A stretch of 64,000 bases of DNA from Epithemia pelagica (Eukaryota > Protista > Bacillariophyta): contig OX337240.1 of assembly GCA_946965045.2 (NCBI GenBank), positions 1,054,001 to 1,118,000 on the forward strand. Direction: 5' to 3'. The notes under the pieces were generated by a model. It worked only from the letters and a program-made list of their open reading frames with translations. It ran no database searches and had not been told where the DNA came from. Shown here piece by piece: positions 33,887-47,600 of the stretch; within the stretch, counting starts at the first letter, position 1; every line of letters starts with the position of its first letter. The position numbers were made by a program, and so were the translations under genes.

Positions 33887-34646
33887 CTAGCTAGAAGCGG
33901 CTGAAGCTTCTACACCGCCACTGGCAATAAATTCATCCAACCACTCTTGACTGGCGCCAGTCTTTCCGTAAAGCTGCTTTGCACTACCTCTGAAAAGAAC
34001 CAATTTTGTTGTATCTCCTTCCGCATCTACAATCACTCCGAGGGCTTCGTCAAATGGAAGTCCACTCACTTTGGCAGTATTCACAGCAACCAATTGATCA
34101 CCTTCTTGTAACACACCATCCTCTGCCGCAGCGCCTCCTTCTTTCAAGGCTTGTACAAAAATACCACCATATTCCGAATCATTTTCTTCAAAAATAACGC
34201 CCATTGGCTTGGCTAGCTCCACTGCGACGTAATTTCCCTTGTCCATGGCATCAACAAAGTCCGCACTCACTGTACCCAAAAAAATTCAGTGAGAACACAC
34301 TGCCAAACGAAGCAATCCAAGAGGCCTGGATACGCGACCCGAAGCAGCAAACACAGTTAAAAGTGTGTCGGTCGTCCTCGTGTTACGTACCAGCAACAGC
34401 TTTTTGAACCTTGTCGTTTTCCGAAACAACACTCCATCCCATCCATCGGTCAATCGGAGTTTCTCGCTCACTGTCGATTGCTGATCTTTCCAATGCAGGA
34501 GCAGAGAAGGCGTCCTTCACACCGTCGAAAAGGCCCATTCGAAGTGCAACTCCATTGTGTCTAGTGCTTTGTTGTCTGGTCACAACGCCAAATGCCGCTG
34601 TAAGCACTGGGAGACAGGAAACAAGGACGATGGCCGACAATCTCAT
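33887..34646 (-). CDS. Plastid-targeted PDZ-domain protein, 2 exons
   Basis: Leader ..LTAAF-G. Intron ~34270-34390 (GT..AG). PDZ motifs [24 protein letters not shown] and [11 protein letters not shown]. Confidence 0.85.
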
Positions 34647-35111
34647 TGAATTGGTGTATTAGGTTTTGATCAAATACAAATGAAGCCGCAAAAGGCAAGT
34701 TTATGGACTATAGTGGATCAACCTCGTAGTCTTCGTCAGAAGCCAGCACAGAGATAGCGATGATGCAATCCAAACAACACTACGGACAATGGCGGTAGGT
34801 TTGTGATACCCGAACTGGCAATCAGCACAAATCAACCCAATGGGAACTGACGTGTCCAAACGCTACTCAGAAGCGTCTCTTTAAGCGACTATCAAAGCGA
34901 CGCTTTTTGGCCGGTCGCCCTTTTTGAAGCGATCATATTTGGATCCAAATCACCATTAAAACAGGACAATTCAACAATGTGGAAAAGATACACAAGAAGA
35001 TCCTTGCTCCGTGTGTGAACGCACAAAAAGACACCCAGTCCGTGAGGTGTGTCTCGGGTGCTCCGTTTGCTCACATTCATCTCACTCTGTTTTCTACGGA
35101 TTCGAAAAAGG

Positions 35112-36185
35112 ATGAAAGATATCTTGAGTGCTCAATCACGTTCCTTTATGGACATGTTTGGTCTGAAATATCCCATTGTTCAGGCTGGAATGGACGGAGC
35201 AGCATCTCCCAAGTTGGTGATTGCGGTGGCCAATGCAGGTGGATTGGGGACCCTTCCTTTGGGCTTTCGAGAACCGGCGGCTGCCTTGGAGCAAATCCAT
35301 CAAGTTCAAGAGAAAACAAACCAAGTCTTTTTGGCCAATTTTGTTCTCAACTTTTCTCCTCTAGCCTTTTCGACTGCACTGGATGCCGGCGTCCGGGCGT
35401 TTTTATTCTCATGGGGATTGCCCAGTGAATACATGGTGAACCAATTGCGTGCCGCCTCCAACCAGTCGATTATGGGTATTCAGGTTTCCGATGCCAATGG
35501 AGCAAAAAAGGCCATGGAGTTGAAGCCAGATTTTCTTGTCGTTCAAGGAATTGAGGCGGGTGGTCATGTTCAGGGCAACATGCCTTTGAAGGAGGCACTT
35601 TCCGAGGTGCTGCAACAAGTCGCGGGTGCCGTTCCTGTAGTGGCGGCCGGTGGTATTGCGACGGGGGCACAGATTCAAACCGTATTGTCCATGGGAGCAG
35701 CGGCTGTGGTCATGGGAACACGGTTTGTCGCCACACAAGAGAGTGCCGCACATGAAAGTTACAAACAAGAACTGATTCAAGCACAAAATGGTGCCACCGA
35801 TACGGTCCTTACGGTCTGTCTCAACAAGGTTTGGCCCAATGCGACACACCGCCTATTGCGCACCAATATGACCTTTCAAATGTGGGAATCCAATGGTCGG
35901 CCTCCCGGTCCTTCGAGTAGTACTACAAGTGGTGGTACGTTGAATGGCAATCGTCCCGGGGAACACGACATTGTCGCATTGGATGCCGATGGGAATACCA
36001 CATGGGAACGCTATGTCGATGTCGTTCCAGTACAAGATATGAAATACTGTGATGTGAATGCCTTGGGGACTTTTGCCGGACAAGGTGTGGGGGACATTAC
36101 CGATATTCCCACGGTAGCCGAATTGATGGATCGCCTCATGGAGGAACAGAAAAACGACGAGGTCGCAGGACGCAAGTGTGGATAA
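35112..36185 (+). CDS. Nitronate monooxygenase / 2-nitropropane dioxygenase family FMN enzyme
   Basis: PIVQAGM, NAGGLGTL, QGIEAGGHV, AAGGIATG and MGTRFVATQES. Intronless. Confidence 0.9.
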   Translation: MKDILSAQSRSFMDMFGLKYPIVQAGMDGAASPKLVIAVANAGGLGTLPLGFREPAAALEQIHQVQEKTNQVFLANFVLNFSPLAFSTALDAGVRAFLFSWGLPSEYMVNQLRAASNQSIMGIQVSDANGAKKAMELKPDFLVVQGIEAGGHVQGNMPLKEALSEVLQQVAGAVPVVAAGGIATGAQIQTVLSMGAAAVVMGTRFVATQESAAHESYKQELIQAQNGATDTVLTVCLNKVWPNATHRLLRTNMTFQMWESNGRPPGPSSSTTSGGTLNGNRPGEHDIVALDADGNTTWERYVDVVPVQDMKYCDVNALGTFAGQGVGDITDIPTVAELMDRLMEEQKNDEVAGRKCG

Positions 36186-36816
36186 CTCCATACTACACCA
36201 ACGAGCTGCATAACTGGGGAAAGAGTCGAAAGGACTGTCCATCATTGCTGACGACCCAATCGGAGTTCGAAGGGCCGACGAATTGACGACAATACAGTTG
36301 GACGACTCAGTGTTTTCAGTTGGTATTAGATCTGTTTCTAAATGAAAGTACTGGGTTGCATATGAATCACTGACTGTTGTACGAATGTTATAACGTTAGT
36401 CGACCTTGGTAGTCCTGGCCGCAACAGGAACTCTTGAGAACTTTCTGACTCATGTCGTAGCAAGGAGTCACTCTTCCACCAAAACCAGTCTTCTAAAGTC
36501 ACTCCCTACGTCGTGTGTGGAGCGAAGTGAAGATGTGCCTTTGTCATCCCATGGATACTAAGGCTGAATTCAATGCAACAAAGAGTTTCATATCCAATGT
36601 TTTTTATTTATTTCAGGTTTACAAATCTGCGCTTCATTAAAAAAAGATGAATTTTGGGAGTCCAGGCGTAATAATAGAATAGAGGACTTGCTTGTGAGCA
36701 ACTTGGCATACAATGAACTGGAGATGAACGTCTGGAGAAAACAGTTCCTGAATCCACGGAAAGAACCCCCTTCCTCCAAACTTGTCGTCGTCCTACTAGG
36801 AAACGACAAGAACAAG

Positions 36817-37699
36817 TTAGAAGTGGACATCACGCTTGATGCTGACGTCGGCACCATTAATGTTGGTTCCATCAATGGGCATCTTGATGTTGGCGGTCCA
36901 GTCATTGTCCTTCCATTCGACATTCAAGTTGTCATTGGGCTTGAGGGTGGCCGTAAGACTGGAGTCATCGGCAAGGCGTCGTTCCCAGGCCACGGACACA
37001 TCACCGTTGCTGTAAACGGTGGGAGCAACACGGTTGTTGTCGTTGAGTCGCTGCCACAAGGTGACCTCTTGGTTGTCCATGGATGCGGTGACCTGCACAT
37101 CGGTCTTGCCTTGATTGTAGTTGACAACAACGTCCCTGGAGTCGTCGTCAAAGTTGAAGCGGGGGGTAATGTCGACATGGGCGCCACCCACTTCGAGACC
37201 CTTGGTGGCTTCGACGGATCGGACGCGGCTGTCACTTCCGGCCGAAGCGACAAGATGAACATTCAAGTCTGCATCCTCATTGTCGGCATCCACCTCCACG
37301 CTGGCTTGTCGGAAGTTGAGTCCATCCGTCTCGGCACGGGCCGAAAGACCCCAGCCACTCAGACTGGTACTGGCCTTGGCCCAGAGCGCCCTGGGGAGTG
37401 CCGCAAGGTCTCGTGTGGGATAGACAGATGCACTGGCCCCGTAGGCAACATCAACATCTCCTGCTTGGGTGGAACTCTCCCATTGCACTTGAGGGTCAAG
37501 ACCATCCAATCCGTCGAAATTTCCGTTGCGGACAGAGAGCTGCGACAAAGAAGAACAAGTGATTGGACAATGAGGAACAATGCTCAAACTGGAAGTTTTC
37601 CTTGGGTTCGTTGCTTGTACTTACCGAAAGCTGAGGGGAGGTAGCAGCAGCCAAACCCAAAAGGGAAGCAAGGATGGGGAGGGAAAACTTGGTCATCAT
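36817..37699 (-). CDS. Secreted/plastid-type beta-strand-rich (porin/OEP24-like) protein, 2 exons
   Basis: Signal peptide exon 37625-37699, intron 37540-37624. Alternating amphipathic strands and a C-terminal F. Confidence 0.7.
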
Positions 37700-38252
37700 G
37701 TTGGGGTTGGAAGAAGCAACTGGGGCAAGTCAGATAATGGACGGTCTTGAGCTCTCAGGTAAGATTGTGAGAACTCGTCGAGAAGCAGAAATCACAAGAT
37801 ATCGCATCTTTGCCTATCTTGGAACTTCATGTGGTCGACATTGACAGTTGACACCAAAGATGTCATCGAACGTTCATGCCCTCGCCACCAAGAAACCAAC
37901 AATGCCAATCAATCCACAATCCACATGGAAAAACAACCAAAAGGAGAGACAACTCTTCAGAAAAGAGTGTCAACAACAGCTTCCGCTTCCGCGAGCGGGG
38001 CGACCCACACAACCAAAGATACCGTCCGCGTCCCCTCATCCCTATCGTGTCAGTTCAATCGCACAACCGTTGGCCAATGAGATCTCCGGATCCCCAGACA
38101 TACGTCATCGTCCATGTCATCCTTCGAGACCAAGGTTGATTTGATGCAATCAAGCATACCAATCCAAAAAGATCTTGGGCATCATCATCCTCCTCATCGG
38201 CCATCGCGTTGAGCTTTATCGGCACAAGATACTATCTACTATACACACCATC

Positions 38253-39265
38253 ATGCGTCTTTTGAACCCGCTGCTGCTATCCTGTGCCGTGACACTCGCC
38301 AATGCGGGTCCATCAAAGCCAGAAATATGTGAGTCCGTGATCCAGCGAGATCTGGACATGGAGTTCGACCGTAAACTTTGAATTCGGTACACTTTTGTGA
38401 CTCTGTGCTCACCATTGCTTTCCATGGAACTTTACAGTTGTCGGAATCAACCGTAATTCTCTGGAAAAGGGCATTGTTGGCGCTCTTGAACCGACCGTAA
38501 AATGGCAGACATCTGCTACGATCGCGGATTGTGATGTCGAGGTATGTTGGCTTGTACAGGCTGCAGGGTACCGACGGTGGAGCGATGGCATGTGTGTGCA
38601 AGAGAAACCTCATGTTTTGCATTTCATTTTAGGGTGGCTTCGATATTACCGTGTCGGACCCCTCCAACATGCCGTATGGGCTTTGGGGTCGCATCAAAAA
38701 GACAGTGGGAGGAGTAAGCTTGATGGCTCGTGCCGAAACGAAATCCTCCAACATGAACAAATTCGACGTCGATTTACTGGCATCGGTCGCCGACTCCAAA
38801 GTTCTTTTGGAAGGTGTTGCAGATGCCGAGGCCAGCTCGGTATCGGTGGAAAATGTCGAGGTCACACAGGGCTTTGACGCTCCAGGAGGTAGCCTCACGG
38901 TAAAGCCACGCTACAACATTCCTTCCGGAAAGGGAGATGTCAAAGTTGCGTACGCGGTTTCAGATGTGAAAGTGACAATTGATGCCACAAAGACCAAACA
39001 GAAAGTGGCAGTCGAAAAGTTTCTCGGTGGTGATTTGGGATCCATCAAACCATCGATCAACACCAATGGCGACATTGAAGTCGACTATATCCGACCTCTT
39101 GGATCCGGCATCTTAACTGTAGGCTACAAGCCGAACACCGTGGTCGATCTCAAATACACGGATGGCCCATGGGAGGCCACCATTAGTGCCCCGGCTAATA
39201 ACCTTCGAAACTTTGACAAGGAAGTCAATTTCAAGGTTCGTCGGGCTTTTGACGTCACAGAGTGA
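38253..39265 (+). CDS. Divergently transcribed paralog of the beta-strand-rich protein, 3 exons
   Basis: Exons 38253-38328, 38438-38541 and 38633-39265 with GT..AG introns. GALEPTVKW aligns with DGLDPQVQW, PYGLWGR with PRALWAK, and ARAET is shared. Confidence 0.75.
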
Positions 39266-39839
39266 GCATTGCGAGATGTCGCGCTCTAAGAATTGTGATG
39301 TTTGACTGCCTGCTCGCAAGTTGCTGTGGCTTTCACTCTGACAACCGACAACACATACAAAATAGAGCTTTTTATGGCGAGACTAATGATTTCGTTTCCT
39401 TTCCCTCCTTGTATTAGCTAGGTGCTCTTCTTCATTTTCTATTGCGAACGAACCTGCGCTATCCTTCTTTGCTTTTGCGAAGTGCGAAGGACCATTTGGT
39501 CAGAGAAAGCAATGGACGTATGAATGAAGGATATGATATGGAAGATATTGTAGATGCGCATCTGCAATCATTGTTTGTCTCCACTGGGAATCTTGCATCT
39601 GCTGAGGAACAATGGAACATCTGGATCCTCCATCTGTTTGTTCGCGCGACAAGGTCCACCGTTTCGGTTTTCACTCAAGAAAAGATACCCGCACTGCAAG
39701 AGACACAAAAAATCGTTGGATAAAAAGTCTATCGGCAACTACCCCCTTCAAACAAAATCATTTTCCCCCAACAGGATAAATTTGGGGGTGCCTACGCTGA
39801 CGTTTGCACTTGTTTTTCGGAACTGTTACGACCGCGATC

Positions 39840-41357
39840 ATGATTTTTCCCAGTTTCAACAAGTTCGTCCACATTGCCTCGATCACCATGTTCGCCAGTT
39901 TGAATCTTCAACGCTCCGCTGCCTTCCTCTCCCGTCGAGTGGCGGCAGCCCAAGCTGTGCGTTCCATCAGCACTTCTCCTCTCCGCTATGCTGAAGAGGG
40001 ACAAGCCGAAGTGATCCTTGTGGGATGCGGTGCTCCTAACCGTGGAATGGGTTGGTACCACGCCATTCAGATGTTGGAAAAGAAGTAAGTCCTCTTACTT
40101 GACTGCAAGTTAAAGAAAAGAAGTCATGTGCATGTTTCTTTCTTCACCTCGAAGCATGATGTTGTCTCTTATCCCAGCTCTGAAGAGCAGACATCGCTTT
40201 GGCTTCGGGATTCGTGAAATGAGCTTCAACATGAATCGGGGGCACTCACCCCCAGTTGGGCTTATCATGGATATTTGTTTCGACTGTGCCGGTCGTACAA
40301 TGGCGATTTGGTGATAGCCGTACCTCACAAGTTGCTAACACTTTGTTTCTACGTCTGTTTCAGATGTCCAAGTGCTTCTTTGGACTTCATTGTGGAACCA
40401 TGGTTCATGGGAGACGGAAAAGATTCTCCTGCCGGTCAGGACTTCGCTGTCTGGCAGGCCGAAACCGAACAAAAGTACGGCACCAAGTTCGCCTCTTCTC
40501 TCGATGATTTGCCTCCCCCAGATGCTCCCCGTCTTGCCCTTATCAGTGGCCGTACAGCCGATAATCCTCGTCTCATGAATGAGACCATTGCTCGTGGTGC
40601 GAAATGCGTCTACTTGGAAAAGCCCGGCGCTCCCACCGTCGCCGAACTGGAACAAATGCAAAAGGATGCCGCCAAAGCTGGTGTTGAGGTTCTTATGGGT
40701 TACAATAAGAACGTCTGCAAATATGTTCGCAAGACTCGTGAATATGCTGCTGGTGTTGCAGGATCGGTCGTCACTTTTGTTTCGAACAATGCTTATGAGA
40801 ACACTCCTGAATCTCTCGGTGAATGCTTTGAACGTAACGCAGAGGGAATGTTGAAGAACATGGCAATTCACGAACTTGCGTTGCTTGTGTCATTCTACGA
40901 TGTGTCTGTGGATAACATTGCCGAAGTCACCGCGGATAAGGAGTTCTCTTCCTTGCAGACCCTTCCTGGACCTAGCGGCAAGATGTACACGGACTTTGAC
41001 AAGATCAAGTTCACAATCAAGACCAAGACTGGTAAGGAAGTTAGTGTCCAAGCCGATCGTTGTGGTGGAACCGACTCGTACGCTACTGTCACGGATACTT
41101 CTGGAAAAGAAGTCTTCCGATATTACATGCCTGATGACGAGGACAAGAAACTTGTGGAGGAATTGCAGGCGAAATACCCCACGGCCATGCCTTATTTCTT
41201 CACTCAAGATCCCGACTACATTACAGTCAAGGAACGTGTTGCCAAGCACACTGTCACGGGAGAAGAAGCAGAAGGCGTTGCCACCATTGGAATTGCCGTC
41301 GAAACTTTGAAGGTTGCGGAGTACCTGACACCCGTGTTGGCCGAACAACTTAAATAG
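39840..41357 (+). CDS. Gfo/Idh/MocA-family NAD(P)-binding oxidoreductase, probably mitochondrial; 2 exons
   Basis: ILVGCG Rossmann motif, YLEKPG and KNMAIHEL. Intron 40085-40363. Arg/Ala/Ser-rich leader; ATG at 39840 or 39888. Confidence 0.88.
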
Positions 41358-42384
41358 TTACTTTAAATTTTATCGATCTCTATTACCTTGAACGTCCTTG
41401 TTGTCTGGGTTTGGAGGGAGTTGAGGGTCTATGAGTAAGGGCTGGGGATACCGATCCATGTACATCTAAGTAGGCTCAGTACAAAAGCTACGTAGAGTAC
41501 ATAAAATCCCATAGTACACGTCACCCCAGAAATGGTCGGAAGTCCAAAAAATGCAAAAACACTCCACGATGACGGCGAGATCTGGTGATGCCGCATGCAT
41601 TCACCCATGCATCGCATAAACATCTGATCATTGTAAGTTTTTTGACTTTGTTCTTGTTACTGTGTTCTGCAGTTACAGAAGATTTGTCCCGTTGGATCAA
41701 AAGGTATGCTCATTTTTCTGTGGTGCTGTAGTCCAACGACCTTCCTAACTCTTTCATTTTTCAACGGTGACTGAATCAAATTGAAAGCATAGTTGATCTA
41801 GTAGTAAAGAGTCTTATTCTAGAAGTGATTCAGTCAAGCCCAATTATCCAGGAAGTTATTGCCATGGGGGTGATGGCCTCGACCATTGTCGAGTGATGGC
41901 TTCCGGATTGCATTGTTTCTCGTGGCGGCAAGTTTTCGAGTATGACCATCCGCCCCACTTGTTACACAGACGAAAATAGTACTACGTAGGATAATGTACT
42001 GAGCCTACTTAGATGTACATGGATCGGTATCCCCAGCCCTTACCTTGATGTGATCGAAATCTTGGTGGTCAAAGTAGCTAGAAGTAGGACGCGCTAGGAA
42101 GTATCCCTCCTAATTCCTCTTTCTCCTTGTGAGAAAACGGGGCAGTACGGAGGGAGTCAAGGGGGAAAACACAAACAATTGAACGCCCCTTTTTATGCTA
42201 TGTATGAAGACCTTCTAGAGAACTGACATGGAACATGGAAATGGCACGCATTCAGAGTGTTTAGAACCTTGTCGACGGCGGTGTTCCAGATGAATAGCGA
42301 ATGGCCGGGATCGAGCCACTCATTCTTTTCTGGAAGATAACCAGTGCTCGGAACTTGCTTGTACTACGATTTCCGCTTCATGAA

Positions 42385-43659
42385 ATGATCAACCCCAAGC
42401 ACTCGAGACCAAAACGACCCAACCAGAAGATTAGACGTTGCGCTCAAGTACTTGTGATATGCGTAATTGGAGGGGTTCTTTTCAATGTCCTTGTTCTTCA
42501 CGCACGTCTCGAAGATCAGGCAAGAAACAATCACCGTTTTTACCTCGACAAACTTTCCCCTCATCATAGCTATCATGAATACTTGCGGGCTGGTTTGAGG
42601 CTTCGCACGCGGATTCGAGACGAAGAAACGAGGGAATCCGAATTCTTAATTTTAAGGCTTACTGACGTTTTGGAGAAGCGATGGATCATGTGCAAACGCC
42701 AAATGAGAGGGGCTGGATTGTTGCGTGATCATGGTACCACCACTGGAGATGATGAGAGTCCATTTAGTCTCCTGAAAGTTATGAAACAAACGCGTCCGTC
42801 TATTAGCCGTAACATCACTGCGTCAACTTCTGAAAGGCGTACAAATGACGGTCGCATCGTTGTTGTCGTTTCTAGTACAGGGAAGGACATTCGTTCGCTG
42901 TTTATCAATTTGCTGAAATGGCTGTACATGCAAGACATGACGACGTCCAAGAACCAACGCTCGGAAGATTCGGTTCAGTCCGTTCCAATCGTTATTGAGA
43001 AGGTGTGGTTATTGATTCCTTCTAAAGTAATTGTTACCTGGGAACAGGATGGTGACTTTGGACAGCGAATCCTGGCTTGGAATCGAACAGAAGCTCACCC
43101 GCTTGGAATCCGGGACGGAAATAATTTTCTGCAAGCATTGAGTGGTGCTGAACTGAGCCTATCATCAAACATACCTCCGATCTTGTTTTTGGATGGTGAT
43201 CGACCATCTCCTTCGGGTAAACACTTATTGCATTTACTGGATTTACGTTTGCGAAAATGGTATCAAGACCCGTCGATTGCAAGAATGTCAACAGTCATTT
43301 CAAACAGCCAAACGGCCGTTTCAGAGAACCAGCGCAAGCAATTTTCGGGACAAGACATTTGTAAGATCACCACGGACAATAGGCTATTACCTGAAGTTCA
43401 CTTTTCAGTACACGAGGCTTCACGAGTTCGGTCGCTTCAACATTTGTCCTTGGCCTATATGCCAAATCATACCAATGGCGCTGAGGACTGGAACTTGTCG
43501 TATCTTAAGGCGGCTCTGCTGTTGGCATGGCTTGCGTACGAGTATATGCCAGGACCGGAAGATCCGCGCAGTCTGAATTTTAGCATGCAAGAGGAACAAA
43601 ATGTTTTGCGAATGCTCTCCTACATTGGTGGAATTCCTCGTCCGTTTTCTAGTGGTTAA
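42385..43659 (+). CDS. Hypothetical type II membrane protein (possibly glycosyltransferase-like)
   Basis: Long ORF, basic N-terminus, one TM helix (VLVICVIGGVLFNVLVL) and ILFLDGD. Confidence 0.65.
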   Translation: MINPKHSRPKRPNQKIRRCAQVLVICVIGGVLFNVLVLHARLEDQARNNHRFYLDKLSPHHSYHEYLRAGLRLRTRIRDEETRESEFLILRLTDVLEKRWIMCKRQMRGAGLLRDHGTTTGDDESPFSLLKVMKQTRPSISRNITASTSERRTNDGRIVVVVSSTGKDIRSLFINLLKWLYMQDMTTSKNQRSEDSVQSVPIVIEKVWLLIPSKVIVTWEQDGDFGQRILAWNRTEAHPLGIRDGNNFLQALSGAELSLSSNIPPILFLDGDRPSPSGKHLLHLLDLRLRKWYQDPSIARMSTVISNSQTAVSENQRKQFSGQDICKITTDNRLLPEVHFSVHEASRVRSLQHLSLAYMPNHTNGAEDWNLSYLKAALLLAWLAYEYMPGPEDPRSLNFSMQEEQNVLRMLSYIGGIPRPFSSG

Positions 43660-44620
43660 TCATGGTCCCTTATTGTCATCTTCAGCTGGATGGCCTTACT
43701 ACCAATTCTCAATCTGTGTATTGAACCGATCTATTTTGAATGCTTAAGGTTGTGACATGAAGAAGAACCACGTGTTTACTCACTCCAGACTTCAATCTAC
43801 ACAGCGATAATGGCTGTGCCTTCTCCGAGGACAGCTTCAGCGCCGTCTGAGAGATTAATAATGCTGCCAGCACTTTCATCAGGCAGTTAGAGCAAGATGA
43901 ACTCAAGAAAGTTGTCGAATAGAGGCGTCAAGTTGGATGGTGGAAGGTGGTCATCTTGAATGAATTCGTGTCCCGGCGAGGTTTTCTTCTCCACGCGCAA
44001 AACAAGGATATAATCTTGGATTGTGGGTTCCACATCACTTGCAAGCATGGACTCTTTGATGACTTTCGCGGTTCTACGGGCATGGAAGTCGTTTGATGAC
44101 AAGGGAGTGGGCTCTCATCTTATCTGTATTGTGAAGCTTGGCATGAAATCTCCCAGTGATGAAGCATCGAAATTTTCTGCAGTCTTTTAAAGAATCTAAG
44201 GGGACGACTCTCCTGACAATTGCATGAAAGACAACTCGTCTTGTGAGAAGGACCATTTCTGGTTACAAGCAAATCGGGCAGAAAGATACGATCAAGTGTC
44301 CCCTCTTTATTACGCTTTCTCCTATCAAGACTCTTACGCCTCCTAGGACCAAGAACAGTGAGTATTATCAGTGTACTAGGGAAAATTCCTTCCAACGATC
44401 TACCTGCACTACCCAAAGCCATGCATCATGTTTGGCACAACAATTTCACTCACATCCGGGTCCGACGGTTTCGTTTTTTTGGAAAGCAATGACAGATGAC
44501 AGATTCGTTCGCGCTTCACCTTCACCTGTAAACTGTGACAACAAGAGCAAAGGAGAGAACATGCTCAAACAACATACGACGAGATACAACTAAAAAGTTT
44601 GCTGAACGCATAGATTGCTT

Positions 44621-47600
44621 ATGACCAGAAACGGATTGAAAAATGAGTCGGGTGGGTGGAAGCAAAAGGAAGCTCCGACTGAACAAGCACCTTCACAAAA
44701 TTCATCAAAGCATAGTATGGAAGGTTCAATCGTGGCCGATTGCTTCGTTCCTGCTCGCGACCGATACATCAATGAGCGGGAACCTTTACTAGTCATTCAA
44801 CCGGACAGAGTTTTGGCAAATTCTGAGAAACAAACACAAGAGCTTCGACAATCTTTTTGTTTCTCAGTCCCATTGGTGCCCCACAATTTGATCAAAGCAT
44901 CAGGAGAAACTCTGAATCAAACTCTTACGCAAGGAAATCGACGCAGTCAGGTACCACCGCCTCCCGGCTCTCCAACAGGACTTGCAACATACTCAAGTAT
45001 TCCCATGGCAGGCATGCCACTGAGAATTCTTGCTCCTGATACACACTTTGCGGTACGGCATAGACAGCAAATGAAGCAATCACATCAGGATCCGTCTCCC
45101 CTGAGTAATGGAGATAAGCCCTTGGCATCCTTGGAAAATATTGGTGCACAAAGTGATGAGCGTAGTGGTGGAGCAGCAAACAGTATTTCGCAGTATTGTG
45201 ATACACTCGAGGAACTCTTGTTCGCTGAACGAAGAGAGAATTTATTGTTGTTTGAGAGATACTCGAAGTATCATTATGACAAGGTATCGCTTATATGTGA
45301 AGAGCAACAGCCAAGCTATGCCTCGATTGAATTTGAGGGCATTGCGGATGCCCAACCGGCCGTGCAAGTTGGTGATATCTTGCTCTTCCGTCCGTGGAAA
45401 GTATGTGGAAGGAAAGTACCAATGCCAAACAACCACTTTAATCCGTACCACCAGCACCCGTATCCACCACCGCCTATACAGCATGGTCCTACGTACGCGT
45501 ATGGCTATGTTGAAGTTCAAGCACAAGTTTTGTCCGTAACGCGAGCCTCTGGCCGTGAGACTAACAAGAAGAATGTGGATCGAATTTTAGTCACCTGGCC
45601 TGAAAAAGCTAAAATGGATCAACTTGCCTTTGAGTATGATATTCCATCGAGTTTGAGAATTCCTCGCGCTCAAATAGATCACAACATTCGCATTGTTCCC
45701 AATCCTCGTCCATTGGTGCGGTGCCTGACAGCGGTAGATTGGTTGCGGAGTATGACAATTCCCCAGGGAGGAGGAACCATCGCAACAAGAAGAAGAAGAA
45801 GACCAACAAGAAGAACAAGAAGACCATCGCAGCAATCAGAGAATGACAAGGAGCCCCTTGGCGACTCCCATACGGCACCAATAAATGTGCTTCAAGAGCT
45901 GCTATTTCCGACTAAGGCACCCATATTACCCTCCATTCGAGATGAAGATGTACTTCTTCCGCAATCAGGGGATACAAACCATCTGAATCCGCAACAATTT
46001 TCATTTGTAAGACTCATGTTGCAACGGACCCTGCATCCTTCGACTAGTCATATCCGTGGTCCGTTGATTTTGACGGGGCCAGCTGGTGAGTTGTCTTCTG
46101 ACCTTGATCTCGGTTTGTCGAATTAACGCTTACACTCTGCTTGCTTTTTCGCAGGCACCGGGAAGACAAGGACAATGCTTTATGGCATTCAACGGATTCT
46201 CGCTCTAAACGACACAGCAGGAGCAGGAGGAAAGCGTATTCGTGTTCTTGTCTGTACACCCTCTCACACAGCAGCCAATGTCATTACACGAGGCCTAGGG
46301 GAGTTTTTGAAACCCAACCAGTTGTTTCGTCTCTTGGATGCTAGTCGACCCTCGAATACGATCCCGAGTGATTTGTCACCATTCTATCGTCAGGATCCTG
46401 TAACTGGTACATTTTGTTTGCCGTCTTCTCATGAATTGCTGCAGTTCGACGTGATTGTTTCTACCTGTCTTGATGCTCATCTGCTCTACTTGGCCGGTTG
46501 TACCAACCAACAATTGAGAAGACACCGGATGTCAGTTTATCAAATGGCTGTTCATCAGTTGGATGCATCTGGGATCTCACTCAGTGACTCCAATGCTAAA
46601 CGGACGATTGAGTTGTTTCCTCATTTTTCCCATCTTTTGTTGGACGAAGCAGCACAGGCAACAGAAGCCGAATCGCTGGTTCCACTGTCCGTTGTGGCAG
46701 ATCCTTCCGTTGGTGTTCAAAAGGTTGAAGTTGTCTTGGTTGGTGATCCTCGCCAGCTGTCACCGCAGGTCTTTTGCGAAAAAGCGGTGGATGCAGGGTT
46801 TCGTTGCTCATGGATGGAACGAATGCTTCGTCGACCGGCTGAATGTACGGGTGGTGGGCATGAAACACTGCTCGGCGAGGACCAATCGCAGATAGAAAGT
46901 CTACTGAAATATTCCCTGCAAAGTCAGACTCTTCTGTCCGTGTTCTTGACCATGAATTATCGTGGTCATCCTTCCTTCTTGACTCTGCCAAGCGCTCTAT
47001 TTTACTCTGATCTGCTTCAAAGTGCTCCTCTCAGACCTGAAGGCAAATCCAAAACACAACGCCGAATAACAAATCAAAGTACTATATTGAGTCCATTGGA
47101 TTGGCTTGATAAACTTCGAATGCTGGAATGTCTGGCGCAACCAGTGCTTGCTCAAGATGATGATGGTGGCGACAATGTTGTTTTGGAGGAGCTCCTTGTC
47201 CCTCGTAAACAGTTTGGTTTCCCTATTCACTTCAGAGGGGTAAGGTTGCATTCATAAAAAACGGTGGACTTGTTGATTATTATGCTCATACTTCTGTTGC
47301 CTTATTTGCCTCCAGGTTGTTGGGAGGGATGTGGACGCCACCATACACCATGGCTTCACGAGCAATTCATGGAAGAATAGAGAAGAAGCAGACGCAGTGG
47401 TGGAAATCATCAAATGCCTAACTTCAATGGGCGAGAATAATGGAAAGGTCGCGGTCGACCCTCGATCAATTGGCGTCTGTTCTCCCTTTCGAGGGCAAGT
47501 TGATTTGATTCGAAAACTTCTACGGCAAAATTCTCTTGGGAATGTTGATGTAGGTACCATTGAAGATTATCAGGCTGTCGAATGGGATGTCATTATCTTG

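Noticed and set aside
40085-40363. Box C/D snoRNA in the 279-nt oxidoreductase intron (ATGATGT..CTGA within a TCTTCA/TGAAGA stem)
   Set aside because: The boxes are only ~17 nt apart and box C is imperfect, too short for a canonical snoRNA.
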